From: Chiloscyllium plagiosum
Lineage: Eukaryota
Reading direction: 5' to 3'
NCBI RefSeq assembly: GCF_004010195.1
Contig: NC_057718.1
Coordinates: 96,254,686 to 96,318,685 of the forward strand
Length of the DNA: 64,000 nt
Part shown: positions 63,094 through 64,000 of the stretch, in pieces
Numbering within the stretch: the first letter of the stretch is position 1
Layout: every line of letters starts with the position of its first letter
Position numbers and translations under genes: made by a program
The notes under the pieces: generated by a model
Seen by the model: only the letters and a program-made list of their open reading frames with translations
Told to the model about the DNA's origin: nothing
Databases searched by the model: none

Positions 63094-64000
63094 CCAGCAG
63101 TTAAATGGGGCTAACAGCACATTCTGGGTAAGCCATACAGGACCACAAGTTGAACTCAACCCTTCATTTTATTGCTTCTAGGATTTATCTTGAAAAGTGC
63201 AGAGGAATCTCTCGGTTTTGCAGCATTCCCGTCTAGCATGGATGTGCCTTTCCTTTGGAAACGTCCTGCCATCTGGTGGAGATATTTGTTTCATTATGTT
63301 TACTGATCATTAATCTCTCATTAGAAGTTCCTTCAATCTTTGCTGTTGGTTGTGGGGTTATCCTTTCTCCTTTATTATTAATCTCACTTCCTTTTCCGTG
63401 CACTGGTCATGCTTTTTGTGATACAGGACATGTCCCTTCAACTCAAATGTTTAAAACTCCCTGGTGTCCTGGGAGTTTTTGCCCTTTTCAAGAAAAGAGC
63501 GCATTCTTGTTACACTTTCGATGTCACTTGCAAACATGCCTCATTCCATTTCAACTCGAAAACGGGGTGAGTATGTATGGATGCTAAGAGAATCTTTATA
63601 ATCTCTAACATTTAACCTCTGGCCATTTTCTTCAGTTGGAGTGTGTTACAATCTGTCAGGAAGTCCAATTTGTTGTGGGAATGTGCACGTTCACATGCAC
63701 GCTGTAGCCTGGAGCTATGGATAATGTTGGCGGAGGCTTCAATGTTCTTTCCGTCACATGGCTGACCAGGAATCTCTCCTGCTGTCACCAGCTGCCTTTG
63801 GAGTGTGTTGGAAGAATTTGTAAGTTGACAGGCAACCCTGTCTGATTGTCTAATGTCACCCTTGTTCACCAGATCCTGGAGTACGTTTCTCATCTCATTT
63901 AGCAGCCATTGGCTTTCTCTGTTCCCTCCTTTCTAAACCATTGCCTGGCCAAATGGTCAAGCGGCAGGATGTTCTTGGTCCTCTGTCAGGTCTCAAAGGG

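Overview
Non-coding, repeat-dense vertebrate DNA from a draft assembly with two N gaps, almost certainly a shark (elasmobranch). It holds about 18 HE1-type tRNA-derived SINE copies, many CR1 LINE pieces, Penelope-like elements (PLEs), RTE, Rex1/Babar, Tx1 and L2/CR1-like LINE fragments, probable solo LTRs, a Harbinger relic and a 46-bp minisatellite. No intact host protein-coding exon is recognisable; the recognisable supplied ORFs are TE or tandem-repeat translations. The most striking structure is a set of at least four PLE terminal-repeat subfamilies carrying minimal hammerhead ribozyme cores (CUGANGA...GAAA). Many occur as 100-300 bp single-arm or fold-back mini-insertions with 11-16 bp target-site duplications (TSDs), and one boundary repeatedly falls at the ribozyme. 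Other oddities: four diverged ~350-bp A-tailed units stacked at the TATA box of an LTR-like repeat, an exact 86-nt templated insertion with a 47-bp duplication, and an inverted duplication spanning a PLE/SINE junction. Several AT-rich, repeat-free islands resemble conserved non-coding elements. Family names come from recall of consensus motifs, not database searches, and most TE boundaries are approximate.
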